A DNA stretch of 64,000 nucleotides, from positions 2,888-66,887 of the forward strand of contig JAGNKY010000016.1 of the NCBI GenBank assembly GCA_017999895.1, given 5' to 3'. A model generated the notes under the pieces. It was not told the origin of the DNA. It worked only from the letters and a program-made list of their open reading frames with translations, and searched no databases. Position 1 is the first letter of the stretch. Each line of letters begins with the position of its first letter. Both the position numbers and the translations under genes were made by a program. Shown piece after piece: positions 35,707 to 46,154 of this stretch. This DNA comes from Bacteroidales bacterium. Lineage in GTDB: Bacteria; Bacteroidota; Bacteroidia; Bacteroidales; VadinHA17.

Positions 35707-37017
35707 ATGCACGAACGTTTCAGATTCAAGAGCAAAGACGAACTTCTGGGAAAGGCTCGCGAGCTTGGGCTATCAATACCATTTAACGACGACTTAAGCC
35801 CTTTGCTCCAACAAGAAAAAATAAATGACAAACAAATAGATAACCGTCTTGTCGTTCAACCTATGGAAGGCTATGACTCGGAGGCCGATGGGTCACCTTC
35901 ACCTCTTACAGAACGAAGATATTTACGATACGGATCAGGCGGGAGCGGGATTATCTGGTTTGAAGCTATTGCTGTAACTCATTCGGGCCAGTCCAATCCC
36001 CGACAGCTTATGATTCATAAAAATAATTACAGGGAATATAAGATTCTTATTGACAAAATTCGCCGAAGCGCTCCTGAAAACATCAGACCTTTCATTGTCG
36101 CACAAATAACTCATTCGGGTCGTTACAGCAAGCCTGACGGTAAAAGCTCGCCTTTGGTTCCATGTAATAATTCTCTTTTCGATAAAGGCAATGAAAGAGT
36201 TCTATCAGATAATGAGCTTGTGGACATACAGAATCAATTTATTGAAACTTCCCGCTTTGTTTACGAGGCCGGTTTTGATGCTGTAGATATAAAAGCCTGT
36301 CATGGTTATCTGGTTCATGAGTTACTTTTTTCCTTTAACAGGAAAAACAGTATTTACGGTGGACTCGAACCTGAAAAAAGATTCAGATTCCTTCTTGAAA
36401 CAGTTGAACGTATAAAAACAAAAACACCCGATATCTTAATAACTACACGCCTTAGTATAGGTGATATTCACGAAGGTGGATTCGCAACAACAGCCGACGG
36501 AAAAGATTATGATCTGACCGAACCAGTAAAACTCACCTGGGAACTTAAGAAGATGGGCATAAAATTTATGAATATAACGATGGGGAATCCTTATTATAAT
36601 CCTTATGTTTCGAGGCCATTTGATAACCCACTGCCAGGGATGAGTACACCTCCAGAACATCCTTTGAAAGGTGTGACAAGAATGGTTGAAGGAACATCGG
36701 TACTCCAGAAAAATTTCCCTGATATTTTGATGATCGGATCAGCATATTCATGGCTCAGACAATTTGCTCCTAATGTCGGAGCTGCAGTAATCAATTCCGG
36801 AAGCGCTTCTTTTATAGGCTTTGGCCGTAACTCATTTGCATACCCGTCCATGCCTCTTGACCTGATGACCAAAGGCTATGTTGACCCTTCAAGATTTTGC
36901 ATAACCTGCTCGGGATGCACAAGGCTTATAAGAAATATGAGGCCTGGAGGTTGTGTAACTCGCGATCGTGAGATATACGCTGCTGAACTTAAAAAACTCA
37001 TTACAGATGGAAAATGA
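35707..37017 (+). CDS. NADH:flavin oxidoreductase (Old Yellow Enzyme-like TIM barrel) with a C-terminal Cys cluster
   Basis: 436 aa. QPMEGYDS..., AQITHSGRYS, DIKACHGYLVHELL. C-terminal CITCSGCTRLIRNMRPGGC. Confidence 0.8.
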   Translation: MHERFRFKSKDELLGKARELGLSIPFNDDLSPLLQQEKINDKQIDNRLVVQPMEGYDSEADGSPSPLTERRYLRYGSGGSGIIWFEAIAVTHSGQSNPRQLMIHKNNYREYKILIDKIRRSAPENIRPFIVAQITHSGRYSKPDGKSSPLVPCNNSLFDKGNERVLSDNELVDIQNQFIETSRFVYEAGFDAVDIKACHGYLVHELLFSFNRKNSIYGGLEPEKRFRFLLETVERIKTKTPDILITTRLSIGDIHEGGFATTADGKDYDLTEPVKLTWELKKMGIKFMNITMGNPYYNPYVSRPFDNPLPGMSTPPEHPLKGVTRMVEGTSVLQKNFPDILMIGSAYSWLRQFAPNVGAAVINSGSASFIGFGRNSFAYPSMPLDLMTKGYVDPSRFCITCSGCTRLIRNMRPGGCVTRDREIYAAELKKLITDGK

Positions 37018-39007
37018 AACTGTAACTCTTAACGGATATATAATCCGCGGTTATAGTGTAAACACATTAATAATCGGCAGCGGCGCGGCATCGCTTAATG
37101 CTGCTTTAAGCCTTCATTCTGCAGGTCAAAGGAATATACTCATTGCCACAGAAAAATGGGGAGGAGGAACAACAAGGAACGCAGGCTCAGACAAACAAAC
37201 CTATTATAAACTCTCTCTTGCAGGAGATGAACCTGACAGTCCGGTGCTGATGGCCGAAGATCTTTTCAAAGGCAGGTGTATGCATGGCGATATTGCTCTT
37301 TGTGAAGCACAGGGTTCTGTTCAGGCATTTATGAACCTGATAAGACTTGGAGTACCTTTCCCGCATAATAAATATGGCGCATGGGTCGGATATAAAACTG
37401 ACAACGACCCTAAGGCAAGAGGGACTTCCGCCGGCCCTTATACTTCGAGAATGATATTTGAAGCACTTGCGAAAGAAGTAAGAAAAAGAAAAATCAAAGT
37501 GCTCGACAGTGTAAGAGTTATTAGCCTGCTGACAAAAAAAGAAAATGATTCCAAATCAGTTACAGGTGCTTTAGCCATTAATCTGAAAGCAGATAGAATG
37601 GAAAATGCCTTTATACTTTTTAATGCTAAAAATATTATTATGGGAACCGGAGGGCCGGCAGGCCTTTATAAAGACTCAGTGTACCCTGAATCACAGTCAG
37701 GCTCTACAGGCATTGCACTTGAAGCAGGCGCCACTGCGCAGAACCTTACCGAATCACAATTCGGAATAGCTTCAACCAAATTCCGATGGAACCTTTCCGG
37801 AAGCTATCAGCAGGTTATACCCAGATATTTCTCGACCAATGCAAAAGGAAATGATGAAAGAGAATTTCTTAATGAGTTCTTTCCTGATATTACATCACTT
37901 ACAAAAGCTATATTCCTGAAAGGATATCAATGGCCTTTCGACCCTGAAAAAACTGCCGATTATGGTTCGTCACTTATTGACCTGCTTGTTTACAGGGAAA
38001 GAGTGGAAAAAGGGAGAAAGGTATTCATTGATTTCAGAACTAATCCGACAGGACCTGCATGTGAAAAGTATTCACCCGAAATATTAGACAGGAAAGTATT
38101 CGAATATTTAAAAAACTCAGATGCTCTGAAAGAAACTCCTGTCAAAAGGCTCGAGTTTTTGAACAAACCTGCATTTGATTTGTATCTCGAACATAACATA
38201 AACCTCGCCAAGGAACCTCTTGAGATTGCTGTATGTGTCCAGCATAATAATGGAGGACTTAAAGGCAATATTTGGTGGGAGTCGGATCTGAAGCATCTTT
38301 TCCCTGTTGGAGAGGTTAATGGATCTCATGGCGTTTACAGACCGGGAGGCTCAGCCCTCAATGCAGGTCAAACAGGAAGCCATAGAGCAGCACTTTATAT
38401 AATTGAAAAATACAACAAAAATCCGATAACCTTTTCAGACTTTTATTTATCGGTAAAAGAGCAAGTGGAAGAAAAGCTCAAACTGGCAAGAAAATGGTCG
38501 GAATCAGAAATAAGAATTAAAAACATTCAGGATTATTTAAATGAAATCGGGCAGCGAATGTCAGAGACAGCAGGTATAGTCAGAAATATTGAAAAAACCA
38601 TCAGGGCAGCTGAAGAAGCATCTTTTATGTTTAAAGAACTTGACGAGATACTTTCCGTAAAATCGGTAAAAGAACTTGCTGAAGCTTTTCGTCTGAAAGA
38701 ACATTGTTTAACGCACCTTATATACATTGAGGCTTTAAAAACTTATCTTGAAAAAGGAGGAAGAAGCAGAGGATCGTACATGGTTACCTACAGCCAGGGG
38801 ATAAAACCACATGCAGGGCTCGAAGATAAATGGCGTTTCAGTTTATGTGATTATCAAAAGGATATTGAAAATAAAATTCTTGAAATACAATTCAATAAGA
38901 ATACTGTAAAAACGCAGCTTACAGATGTAAGACCTATTCCTGCTCAGGAACTGTGGTTCGAAACTGTGTGGAAGAAATACCGTGAAGGAAAAATTACAGG
39001 GTATTGA
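37007..39007 (+). CDS. FAD-binding oxidoreductase (fumarate reductase / aspartate oxidase flavoprotein-like)
   Basis: Start moved to MENETV (37007), which overlaps the upstream stop by 11 nt. Dinucleotide fold (TLIIGSGAASLNAAL), and later GGLKGN...GEVNGSHGVYRPGGSALNAGQ. Confidence 0.75.
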   Translation: MENETVTLNGYIIRGYSVNTLIIGSGAASLNAALSLHSAGQRNILIATEKWGGGTTRNAGSDKQTYYKLSLAGDEPDSPVLMAEDLFKGRCMHGDIALCEAQGSVQAFMNLIRLGVPFPHNKYGAWVGYKTDNDPKARGTSAGPYTSRMIFEALAKEVRKRKIKVLDSVRVISLLTKKENDSKSVTGALAINLKADRMENAFILFNAKNIIMGTGGPAGLYKDSVYPESQSGSTGIALEAGATAQNLTESQFGIASTKFRWNLSGSYQQVIPRYFSTNAKGNDEREFLNEFFPDITSLTKAIFLKGYQWPFDPEKTADYGSSLIDLLVYRERVEKGRKVFIDFRTNPTGPACEKYSPEILDRKVFEYLKNSDALKETPVKRLEFLNKPAFDLYLEHNINLAKEPLEIAVCVQHNNGGLKGNIWWESDLKHLFPVGEVNGSHGVYRPGGSALNAGQTGSHRAALYIIEKYNKNPITFSDFYLSVKEQVEEKLKLARKWSESEIRIKNIQDYLNEIGQRMSETAGIVRNIEKTIRAAEEASFMFKELDEILSVKSVKELAEAFRLKEHCLTHLIYIEALKTYLEKGGRSRGSYMVTYSQGIKPHAGLEDKWRFSLCDYQKDIENKILEIQFNKNTVKTQLTDVRPIPAQELWFETVWKKYREGKITGY

Positions 39008-39076
39008 AAAGATTTCTCAAATTATTAATTTTACCGGCAAGAATTATATAATATAACCAACTAAATCATTCCGCCT

Positions 39077-39856
39077 ATGAACAGTAAACCTGTTGCTGTA
39101 GTCACAGGAGCAAGTAGAGGTATAGGAAGAGCCGTTACTCTTTCTCTCGCTCTGGAAGGTTATGATATCGTAGCAATTGCACGCTCGCTCGATAGTGAAG
39201 GAATGGAAACGCTTGCTCCTGAAGTAGAAAAACATGGAGCGGCATTTTTCCCGATAGGACTCGACATTTCCTGTACTGCGTGTCATGTTGAAGTTGTAAA
39301 AAATATTCTGGATCGCTTTGGTAGAATTGATATCCTGGTAAATAATGCAGGAGTTGCACCACTTCAAAGAACTGATATCCTCGATCTCACAGAGGAGAGT
39401 TATGACAGAGTGATGAATATTAATCTAAAGGGCCCCTTGTTCTTTACTCAAAAAGTTGCAAAGGAAATGATCTGGCTCATGTCAATAATTCAGGAATATC
39501 ATCCGAAAATAATTTTTATCTCTTCGGTGTCGGCCAACATGTCTTCTGTGAAAAGAGCTGAATATTGCATTTCGAAAGCCGGATTAAGTATGGCAGCAGA
39601 AGTATTTGCCGACAGGCTTACACGTGAGGGCATTCTTGTTTTTGAAGTAAGGCCGGGCATTATTCAGACGGATATGAATTCGCGTGTGAAAGAAACGTAC
39701 GACAAAATGATTGAGGAGGGAGTAATTCCGCAAAAGCGATGGGGCTTACCCTCCGATGTCGCAAAGGCAGTGGCATCGCTTGCAAGAGGCGACTGGGATT
39801 TCTCGGCAGGATCAGTTTTCGAAATAAGTGGTGGATTGAATATCAGAAGTCTGTAG
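39077..39856 (+). CDS. SDR-family oxidoreductase (3-oxoacyl-ACP reductase-like)
   Basis: 259 aa. VAVVTGASRGIGRAV, NNAG, and the catalytic YCISKAG. Confidence 0.9.
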   Translation: MNSKPVAVVTGASRGIGRAVTLSLALEGYDIVAIARSLDSEGMETLAPEVEKHGAAFFPIGLDISCTACHVEVVKNILDRFGRIDILVNNAGVAPLQRTDILDLTEESYDRVMNINLKGPLFFTQKVAKEMIWLMSIIQEYHPKIIFISSVSANMSSVKRAEYCISKAGLSMAAEVFADRLTREGILVFEVRPGIIQTDMNSRVKETYDKMIEEGVIPQKRWGLPSDVAKAVASLARGDWDFSAGSVFEISGGLNIRSL

Positions 39857-39867
39857 CAGAACAGTAT

Positions 39868-40956
39868 TTATTTATCTGTTTCCTCACAAAACAACCTGTA
39901 AGTCTTCTCAACAGCCTCTTTAGGGTCAAGCAGCTTCTTTACTTTCAACTGTGACTTTTCACCCATTGCCGGAAGTTTTTCACGGTTATTGAAGCAATAA
40001 TTTATTTTTTCGGCAATTGCAAATGAAGATTTCGCAGGTACCACAAAACCGTTCACGCCTTCATCAACAAGCTCCTTTGCGCCGCCCCGGCCGGATAAAA
40101 TTACCGGTTTCCGGAGGAACATGGCTTCTATAATGGAACGGCCCAGCCCTTCAGTTATCGAAGGCTGGACATAAATATCACACATTGCAGTATATGGAAA
40201 AATCTCATTAATAAAGCCAAAAATGCGGAATTTTTTATTATAAAGTGATTTTGAAACCAGCCTTTTTATTTTAGTAGAGTCCATCCCTTTTCCAATAAGA
40301 ACGAAATATACTGGCAGGTTATCGGGGAGATAACGTGTTGCATTAATAAGATAAGGTATTCCTTTCTCCCTTCTTACATTAGCAATGCAGCATATTACGA
40401 AAGCATCTTCAGGTATATCCAGTGCCTGTTTTGATAAAGGCGATGAAACTTGTATCCATTCGGAGTCGTAGCCTTTATAAATCCTTATGCATTTATTTTT
40501 CAAACGCTTGCCTCCCTGTTTTACAAAATGTTCCATTACACCATCACTGTTGCAAATAATACGATCGAGCCTTGGATTAAGAAATGAAAGGTAAGCAGTG
40601 GGATCGTGCCAGTGAACGTTCAGTGAACCAATATAACCGATAATTTTTATCTTAATGTTCCGTGCAGCCAGAATAGCATTAGTAATACCTTTTCCGAACG
40701 TAACGTAAAGAATATCAAAATTCCCCTCTCTGATTATCTGTCTTAGATGTTTTATAGCTTTAAAATCAAATTTTCTTATAATCGGTATATAAATTATTTT
40801 CATTCCAGCCTTTGCCAGATCTTCAGATTCAGGAGTTTCATAATGGGTGACTACAGTCATTTCGACTCCCATATCCATTAGGCCTTTATAAAGCTGCCTT
40901 TCTGGCAAGGTTATAAAAAACCCGCCGCAAAGGTCGGTTATGACAAGAACTTTCAT
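39868..40956 (-). CDS. glycosyltransferase family 4 (GT-B, group 1)
   Basis: Start moved to MKVLVITD (40956). C-terminal EGLGRSIIEAMFLRKPVILSGRGGAKELVDEGVNGFVV. Confidence 0.85.
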   Translation of the reverse strand: MKVLVITDLCGGFFITLPERQLYKGLMDMGVEMTVVTHYETPESEDLAKAGMKIIYIPIIRKFDFKAIKHLRQIIREGNFDILYVTFGKGITNAILAARNIKIKIIGYIGSLNVHWHDPTAYLSFLNPRLDRIICNSDGVMEHFVKQGGKRLKNKCIRIYKGYDSEWIQVSSPLSKQALDIPEDAFVICCIANVRREKGIPYLINATRYLPDNLPVYFVLIGKGMDSTKIKRLVSKSLYNKKFRIFGFINEIFPYTAMCDIYVQPSITEGLGRSIIEAMFLRKPVILSGRGGAKELVDEGVNGFVVPAKSSFAIAEKINYCFNNREKLPAMGEKSQLKVKKLLDPKEAVEKTYRLFCEETDK

Positions 40957-41136
40957 TTTTGTAATATCTTTCCTCTTTCGGAAAAAGTTATTCTTTGCCG
41001 AATTATAGATTACCAAAAATAAATATTAATTAAGGATTATTAATGAATAAATTTAACTGTACTTCAAGAATAGTTTAAACTTGTTTTTTAATTTTAAATT
41101 TATAGAGAACTAAATCCTAAATAATTTATTCGAGGG

Positions 41137-41210
41137 CTCCCCAGGCAGGGATCGAACCTGCGACCTACGGATTAACAGTCCGCCGCTCTAACCAGCTGAG
41201 CTACTGAGGA
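41137..41210 (-). tRNA. tRNA-Asn (anticodon GTT)
   Basis: 74 nt. TCCTCAGTAGCTCAGCTGGTTAGAGC..., anticodon loop CTGTTAA, T-arm GCAGG-TTCGATC-CCTGC, discriminator G. Confidence 0.9.
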
Positions 41211-41270
41211 ATATTTTTCTATTCTATATTTTAGCGTGGCAAAAATACAGGCTTTTAATGAATTTAACAA

Positions 41271-41278
41271 TATATTTG
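41271..41278 (+). promoter_or_regulatory. candidate Bacteroidota -7 promoter box (TATATTTG) upstream of the PfkB kinase gene
   Basis: Matches TAnnTTTG and ends 13 nt before the ATG at 41292. Confidence 0.3.
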
Positions 41279-41291
41279 AAAAATTTTTCCA

Positions 41292-42266
41292 ATGAAAAGA
41301 ATTCTTGGCATCGGCAATGCAATAGTGGATGTTATTATTTTTATTGACGATGAAAAATTACTTGAGAGATTTTCTCTTCCCAAGGGAAGTATGCATCTTA
41401 TTGACAATGTATGTTCTGAAGTAATGCGTAAAGAAACTGAGCATTTTCATAGTTTTTTTGCATCAGGCGGTTCAGCGGCAAATACTATTCACGGATTATC
41501 AATGTTAGGGGCAGAAACAGGATTTATAGGCTCAATAGGCAATGACAAAAACGGATGCTTTTTTGAAAATGATCTTAAGAGTGCTGGGGTGAAAACATTT
41601 CTTAAGCGGTCAAATACACCTACAGGTGTTGCTATTGCCTTTGTAACTCCCGACAGTGAGCGAACTTTTGCCACATATCTTGGTGCTGCTATAGAACTTT
41701 ATCCGGATGATCTTACTCCGGATAAATTTCAAAATTTTGATATCCTTTATCTTGAAGGTTACCTGATTAATAACTTTCCATTTCTTTTAAGAGCTTGTTC
41801 GCTGGCAAAGTCAATGAATATGAAGATTGCTCTTGATCTTGCCAGTTATAATGTAGTTGCCGATAGAATAAATTCCTTTCGGGAAATTGTTGATAATTAC
41901 ATTGATATCTTGTTTGCAAATTCGGATGAGTCTCGCACTTTTACAGGGCTTGAGCCTGAAAAAGCACTTGAACTGCTTTCAGAAAAATGTGAGATAATTG
42001 TAATCAAGACTGGAGCTGAAGGCTCTTTGGTTAAAAGGGGCAATGAAACCTACAAAATACGACCTTACCCGGCGTTATGCCTCGACACGACAGGAGCCGG
42101 TGATTTATATGCATCAGGCTTTCTTTATGGACTTGCGCAGGATAAGCCATTAATCACATGCGGACAATATGGCTCATATCTTGCGTCAAGAGTAATAGAG
42201 GATTCCGGAGCACGTATAGTACCCGCGAAATGGCCTGAAATTAAAAAAGCAATTTCTGAAATCTAA
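41292..42266 (+). CDS. PfkB-family carbohydrate/adenosine kinase
   Basis: 324 aa. N-terminal GNAIVDV, and C-terminal DTTGAGDLYASGFLYG. Confidence 0.9.
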   Translation: MKRILGIGNAIVDVIIFIDDEKLLERFSLPKGSMHLIDNVCSEVMRKETEHFHSFFASGGSAANTIHGLSMLGAETGFIGSIGNDKNGCFFENDLKSAGVKTFLKRSNTPTGVAIAFVTPDSERTFATYLGAAIELYPDDLTPDKFQNFDILYLEGYLINNFPFLLRACSLAKSMNMKIALDLASYNVVADRINSFREIVDNYIDILFANSDESRTFTGLEPEKALELLSEKCEIIVIKTGAEGSLVKRGNETYKIRPYPALCLDTTGAGDLYASGFLYGLAQDKPLITCGQYGSYLASRVIEDSGARIVPAKWPEIKKAISEI

Positions 42267-42278
42267 CTTTCTATTTCT

Positions 42279-43589
42279 TTAATATTTCGGCAGTGTGTAT
42301 CCGTTATAATAAGTCGGCGTTATAAGTTTATTTGCATTTGAAGATGAAAACTGCTGTTTTGTATTATCCCAGTTAACTTTTTCGCCTGTACGGTATGCAA
42401 TATTACCCATTTGAGCAACCAGTGCCACGTTTCTTCCAATGTCAATTCCGGCATTAAGTTTTTGTGGGGTATTGTCGCGCAGGCAGTCGAGGAAATTCCT
42501 TACATGGAGATCGAGGCCTACTCCTACATTTTTCTGAACTGGTAATGCTTCTATTCTATTCTTTTCAGGAAATACTTCCCAGCCGTTACGGTCAAGAACC
42601 AATGTGCCATTTTCACCTGTATATGCCATTCCATGAGGTCTCTTCCAGTTTCCAAGCCCGATGCCGATTGTATGTTCCCATATCATTGTAAAGTCATTGA
42701 AATCGTAAACTGCGGTCATAGTATCGGGCGTAACCATGTCGTCATCGGGATAAGCGTATTTACCGCCAATTGCCATAACCGATGTTGGAACCGACTTGTT
42801 CATTCCGTAAAGTATATAGTCAATAAGATGCACTCCCCAGTCAGTCATAAGTCCACCTCCATATTCCCAATACCAGCGCCATGTAAAATGAAATCTGTTT
42901 TTATTGAATGGTCTTTTAGGTGCAGGGCCTAGCCATTTGTCATAATCAACGCCTTCAGGGACCGGAGAATCAGGAACTTTTGGAACTGCTCCCTTCCAGT
43001 CGACATAAGACCACGCTTTGCAAACCCTTATCCGGCCGAGTTTTCCAGTTTTCAAGTAATTCATTGCATCAACGAAATGCGGCTGACTTCTTTGCCACTG
43101 TCCAACCTGAACTAGTTTACCATGTTTCTTAACAGCTTTTTGCATTATATTTATTTCTGCAATAGAATTGCCGATAGGTTTTTCAACATAAGCATGTTTC
43201 CCTGATTCCAGAGTATCAACAAGCATAAGGCAGTGCCAGTGGTCGGGTGTGCCAATAATTACAACATCAATATCATTGCTCTCAAGCATTTTTCTGTAAT
43301 CAACATAAAGCCTTGGTTTCTGAAATCCAAGTTTAACAATGTCATCGGTGCGCTTATTCAATACATTTCTATCAACATCGCACATTGCAACGCACTCAAC
43401 TTCTTTATTTTTCAGGAAAGAAGCGAGATTGCTCCAGCCCTGGCTGTTGCCTCCAATCAGCGCAACCCTTATCTTATCGCTGGGAGCAACTCCCGGTTTG
43501 CCAATAGAAAATGTTTCGAAAGGGAAAATTGTAGCTGCTGCTGCAGCCGCAGTAGTTGCTTTTATAAAAGTCCTCCTATTTGATTTCAT
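42279..43589 (-). CDS. Gfo/Idh/MocA-family oxidoreductase with a twin-arginine signal
   Basis: Start moved to MKSNRRTFIKATTAAAAAA (43589). Contains IRVALIGGNSQG and EKPIG motifs. Confidence 0.9.
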   Translation of the reverse strand: MKSNRRTFIKATTAAAAAATIFPFETFSIGKPGVAPSDKIRVALIGGNSQGWSNLASFLKNKEVECVAMCDVDRNVLNKRTDDIVKLGFQKPRLYVDYRKMLESNDIDVVIIGTPDHWHCLMLVDTLESGKHAYVEKPIGNSIAEINIMQKAVKKHGKLVQVGQWQRSQPHFVDAMNYLKTGKLGRIRVCKAWSYVDWKGAVPKVPDSPVPEGVDYDKWLGPAPKRPFNKNRFHFTWRWYWEYGGGLMTDWGVHLIDYILYGMNKSVPTSVMAIGGKYAYPDDDMVTPDTMTAVYDFNDFTMIWEHTIGIGLGNWKRPHGMAYTGENGTLVLDRNGWEVFPEKNRIEALPVQKNVGVGLDLHVRNFLDCLRDNTPQKLNAGIDIGRNVALVAQMGNIAYRTGEKVNWDNTKQQFSSSNANKLITPTYYNGYTLPKY

Positions 43590-43719
43590 TATATCGAATT
43601 TAAAAAAACAATTAAACAAAATTATAAATAAAATAAAAAATGTCACATTTCATTTTTCACTAATGGCGCCGATATTTAATTCCTTCAGAAAATTCATTGT
43701 TTATTATTTACCCAACAAT

Positions 43720-44481
43720 TTATTTGCCATTCTTTGGTAAGAAAGCCGAAATTATATCAAGAGGTACCGGGAAAATTATTGTAGAGCTTTGTTCTGATGC
43801 GACTTCAGTAAGAGTCTGCAGGAAACGTAGTTGCAGAGCCGTAGGGTTCGAACTTATTATATGAGCAGCATCAGCGAGTCTTTGGCTTGCCTGGAACTCA
43901 CCTTCAGCGTGAATCACTTTCGCACGGCGCTCTCTCTCTGCTTCGGCTTGTTTAGCCATTGCACGCTGCATTTCTTGAGGCAGGTCTATATGCTTTACTT
44001 CAACAGTCGAAACTTTTATTCCCCACGGTTCAGTCTGATGATCAATTATTTTTGCAAGTTCAATGTTGATTTTTTCTCTTTGAGAGAGTAACTCATCGAG
44101 CTCTGATTGCCCGAGTATGCTTCTCAATGTGGTCTGTGATAATTGCGAGGTGGCGAAGAGATAATTTTCAACTTCAACAATTGCCTTCTCGGGCTGTATC
44201 ACACGAAAATAAACCACAGCATTTACCTTTATAGAAACATTATCTTTCGTAATCACATCCTGTGTGGGTACGTCCATAACAACAGTTCTCAGACTTACCT
44301 TTACCATCCGGTCAACTAAAGGTATAAGGAAGATAATACCGGGGCCTCTGACTCCTATCAATCTTCCAAGTCGGAAAACAACAGCGCGTTCATACTCGCG
44401 CAAGATTTTGATTGCGCTTGCAAGTATAATTAACAGGAATATAATTCCTGCTATTAATAAAACGTTTGATGTCTGCTCCAT
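43720..44481 (-). CDS. SPFH/Band 7 (stomatin-like) protein
   Basis: 253 aa. N-terminal TM helix, then [13 protein letters not shown]...[13 protein letters not shown]...[17 protein letters not shown]. Confidence 0.9.
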   Translation of the reverse strand: MEQTSNVLLIAGIIFLLIILASAIKILREYERAVVFRLGRLIGVRGPGIIFLIPLVDRMVKVSLRTVVMDVPTQDVITKDNVSIKVNAVVYFRVIQPEKAIVEVENYLFATSQLSQTTLRSILGQSELDELLSQREKINIELAKIIDHQTEPWGIKVSTVEVKHIDLPQEMQRAMAKQAEAERERRAKVIHAEGEFQASQRLADAAHIISSNPTALQLRFLQTLTEVASEQSSTIIFPVPLDIISAFLPKNGK

Positions 44482-44513
44482 AACAATTCCCTTTAAATTT
44501 GTTTAAATTTGGT

Positions 44514-45820
44514 TTAAGTTATTTTACTCACTATTAATTTAAGATTTGATACTCTTATAACTTTAACTTTTGTTCCTTTGCTTATAAAGCCATCCGGGCT
44601 TTCAGCATTCCAGAGCTCACCATGAATGCTTACCTGGCCTTCAGGATTTAAATCACATATTGCTTCTCCAATTTCTCCTATAATACCCTCGATTCCTGTT
44701 GTAGGCTTGCGGGTTTGAGCCTTAATGCCGAAACCGATTGCAAATAAAAAGAAAGCAGCCGTTAGTATAACAATCACCAGAATTACAAACCACGAGATTC
44801 TGATGACTTCCAATGTTGATTCAGTATTGATTAACATTATTGATCCAAGTATTAATGAAATAATTCCGCCCAAAGTTAATAATCCATGACTAACTATTTT
44901 TATTTCGGCAATAAATAAAATAATTGCGAAAACAATCAATGCCAGGCCTGCATAATTTACAGGCAGGGTATGTAACGAATAAAAAGCAACTATTAAACTT
45001 ATTCCGCCGACCACACCCGGGAATATTGCCCCTGGGTTATAAAGTTCGAACATTATGCCGTAGATACCAATCATTAATAATATATATGCGATATTAGGGT
45101 CGCTTAGCATGTTAAGGATTTTTTGCTTAAAGTCCATTTCAATATCAATTACCTCGGCATTTTCAGTATTCAGGACTTTTGTACCGGCGGATACAGTTAC
45201 TTCTTTCCCATCGATTTTTTGAGTAAATCCGGTATCGAAGCCGCAATTACATCTATAACATTTTCTTTCAATGCTTCATTTTCTGTAATAGAAATACTTT
45301 TTCTTACGGCGTCTTCTGCCCACTGGACATTTCTTTTCCTTTTCTCACTTATTGATCTTATGAATGCCGCTGCGTCATTAGTGGCCTTTTCGTTCATAAC
45401 AGAATCTTGTTCACCCTGAAGATCTACAGGATGCGCTGCACCAATATTAGTTCCTGGTGCCATTGCCGCTATATGAGCTGCCAGGGTTATAAAAACACCT
45501 GCTGAAGCCGCTTGAGCGCCACTGGGATAAACAAATACAATTACAGGAATTTCAGAGTCGAGCAAATCAGCTACAATAACTCTTGTAGATTTTAATAATC
45601 CTCCAGGAGTATTCAACTTGATTATCAGGCATTCTGCATTTTCCTGCTTCGCCTGCTTAATACCTGAATTTATATATTCTGCACTTGAAGGGTTTATTGA
45701 ACCATCGACAGAAATCGTAATCACCTTTTTTGTTAAAGTATCTTCAACGGCATTAATTACATGCCCATAATTTATAGTCAGAAGCTCAAAAATAGCAATA
45801 TTAAATGCCAGAAATTTCAT
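44514..45820 (-). pseudogene. NfeD-family membrane-bound ClpP-class serine protease, split by a 1-nt frameshift in a homopolymer
   Basis: The N-terminal ORF (45197-45820) has ClpP-like SGAQAASAGVFI. The C-terminal ORF (44514-45137) has the TM bundle plus an OB domain. The downstream frame is open back through ...IDGKEVTVSAGTKVLNTENAEVIDIEMDFKQK and joins the upstream frame if A6 (T6 on + at 45215-45220) were A7. Confidence 0.8.
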
Positions 45821-46154
45821 AAAAACGTATATTTATAGTAATTTTCTGTTACAGGAACAAATGAAATATTAAAAATTAAAATATCTAGCCATCCAATTTT
45901 TATATTTATCAAATTTATGCTATTTGATTTAAATTTCATAATAGATTTTATTTCAATTAATAATTATGGTTCCACGATATTCATTTCTTCTTCAATAGAG
46001 TCCAGTAAATCTAAAAGAAAAAGATGAAAAAGAATAAATTTTATATTAATAATTTAAAGTCTTTATTTTGAATTATAAATAAACACAAAACATTTGCGTT
46101 TATTTCATAAAAGATTTTTTATCTTTAACATGTTATATCAAAACAATTACCACA

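Noticed and set aside
36968-37006. Upstream start (MRYTLLNLKNSLQ) for the FAD oxidoreductase, giving a 50-nt overlap with the preceding gene
   Set aside because: The internal ATG at 37007 gives a short overlap typical of coupled genes. It also places the GSGAAS dinucleotide-binding motif at the usual distance from the N-terminus.
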